DNA from: Mytilus trossulus
Lineage: Eukaryota
Assembly (NCBI RefSeq): GCF_036588685.1
Contig: NC_086373.1
Span: 91,388,001 to 91,452,000 of the forward strand
DNA: 64,000 nt
Direction: 5' to 3'
Shown: one piece after another, positions 63,327 through 64,000 of the stretch
Layout of the letters: every line of letters starts with the position of its first letter
Numbering within the stretch: the first letter of the stretch is position 1
Program-made: the position numbers and the translations under genes
The notes under the pieces: model-generated
Told to the model about the DNA's origin: nothing
Databases searched by the model: none
Seen by the model: the letters and a program-made list of their open reading frames with translations, nothing else

Positions 63327-64000
63327 ACATTTTGACATTTATGTGCGTCAATCTATAGTCCTAACCATAGAGTATTATGCATGAATCATTGTCAAGCATC
63401 ATTAAATTTATTTCATTCACTTTTTGAAGAAAAAAAGGACAACATATGTGATGTTCGAACTTGCAAGCATTTTCTTCGATAATCACAATGGTCTTTGTTT
63501 CGCACACTCGACTACGATCGCTGATATTAAATTTGAAATACATGTTTTTCTTAAAATGCTTCATTTGGCTGAATGGATTATTGTACATGCATAAGCAAAC
63601 AAATCATGTAGATTCTGTATAATTGACGCTGAATGTATTTCGGTTTCACCACTATGTAAATTGATTTCTAGTATTTTGTTTTAATTCTATTGTTTTCGTT
63701 TCAATGAATTTTGTATTTGAGTGGTTTAGGTGACCTAACCCATTTAATAAAGTTTTCAACATTCGACATTTCTAATTCTTATATTAATACAACAGAAATT
63801 TAACTATAAAATAAGGAAGTACAAACATTTAGAACGACAAAACTAGGAGGCCGGTTACCAAAGTTGGTATTGTAAACGTTTAATCGTCAAAAATATTATA
63901 CATGTATCATAAATCATTCGATTCGAAAATATGTGTCATTAAAATTAATTTGGTCGTGAAAGGTAAATAAGATGCCGTTTTTCAGAAATCGAGATCAAAG

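Overview
AT-rich, intron-containing animal genomic DNA. The repeat families and gene style suggest a bivalve mollusc, probably Mytilus (inference). The left half holds two nuclear-encoded mitochondrial housekeeping genes head-to-head. SLC25A3 (phosphate carrier, minus strand) has a putative non-coding exon 1 and 4 coding exons here and runs off the left edge. PDHB (pyruvate dehydrogenase E1 beta, plus strand) is complete: 12 exons, 360 aa. The right half is a tandem array of four paralogous genes (411-430 aa). Each encodes TWO LRAT/PLAAT-like (permuted NlpC/P60, H-box/NC) domains. Domain 1 has an intact His-His-Cys site (NNCEHF). Domain 2 keeps both His but has Ser at the nucleophile position (NDSSH[FY], invariant in all copies). 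Each domain is preceded by a CxxC. All four genes start in an upstream exon whose coding part is 5 nt (ATG+2 nt, then GTAAG), which the ORF track misses, and it sets residue 2 to Gly/Gly/Arg/Trp. Non-coding DNA contains hammerhead-ribozyme retrozyme/Penelope-like repeats, a cluster of tiny palindromic elements with 7-10 bp target-site duplications between the two promoters, Helentron/HINE-type elements with internal satellites, Kolobok-, hAT-, MuDR- and Tc1-like MITEs, a LINE relic, SINEs, and a 48-bp minisatellite whose single-copy ancestor is visible in a paralogous block.
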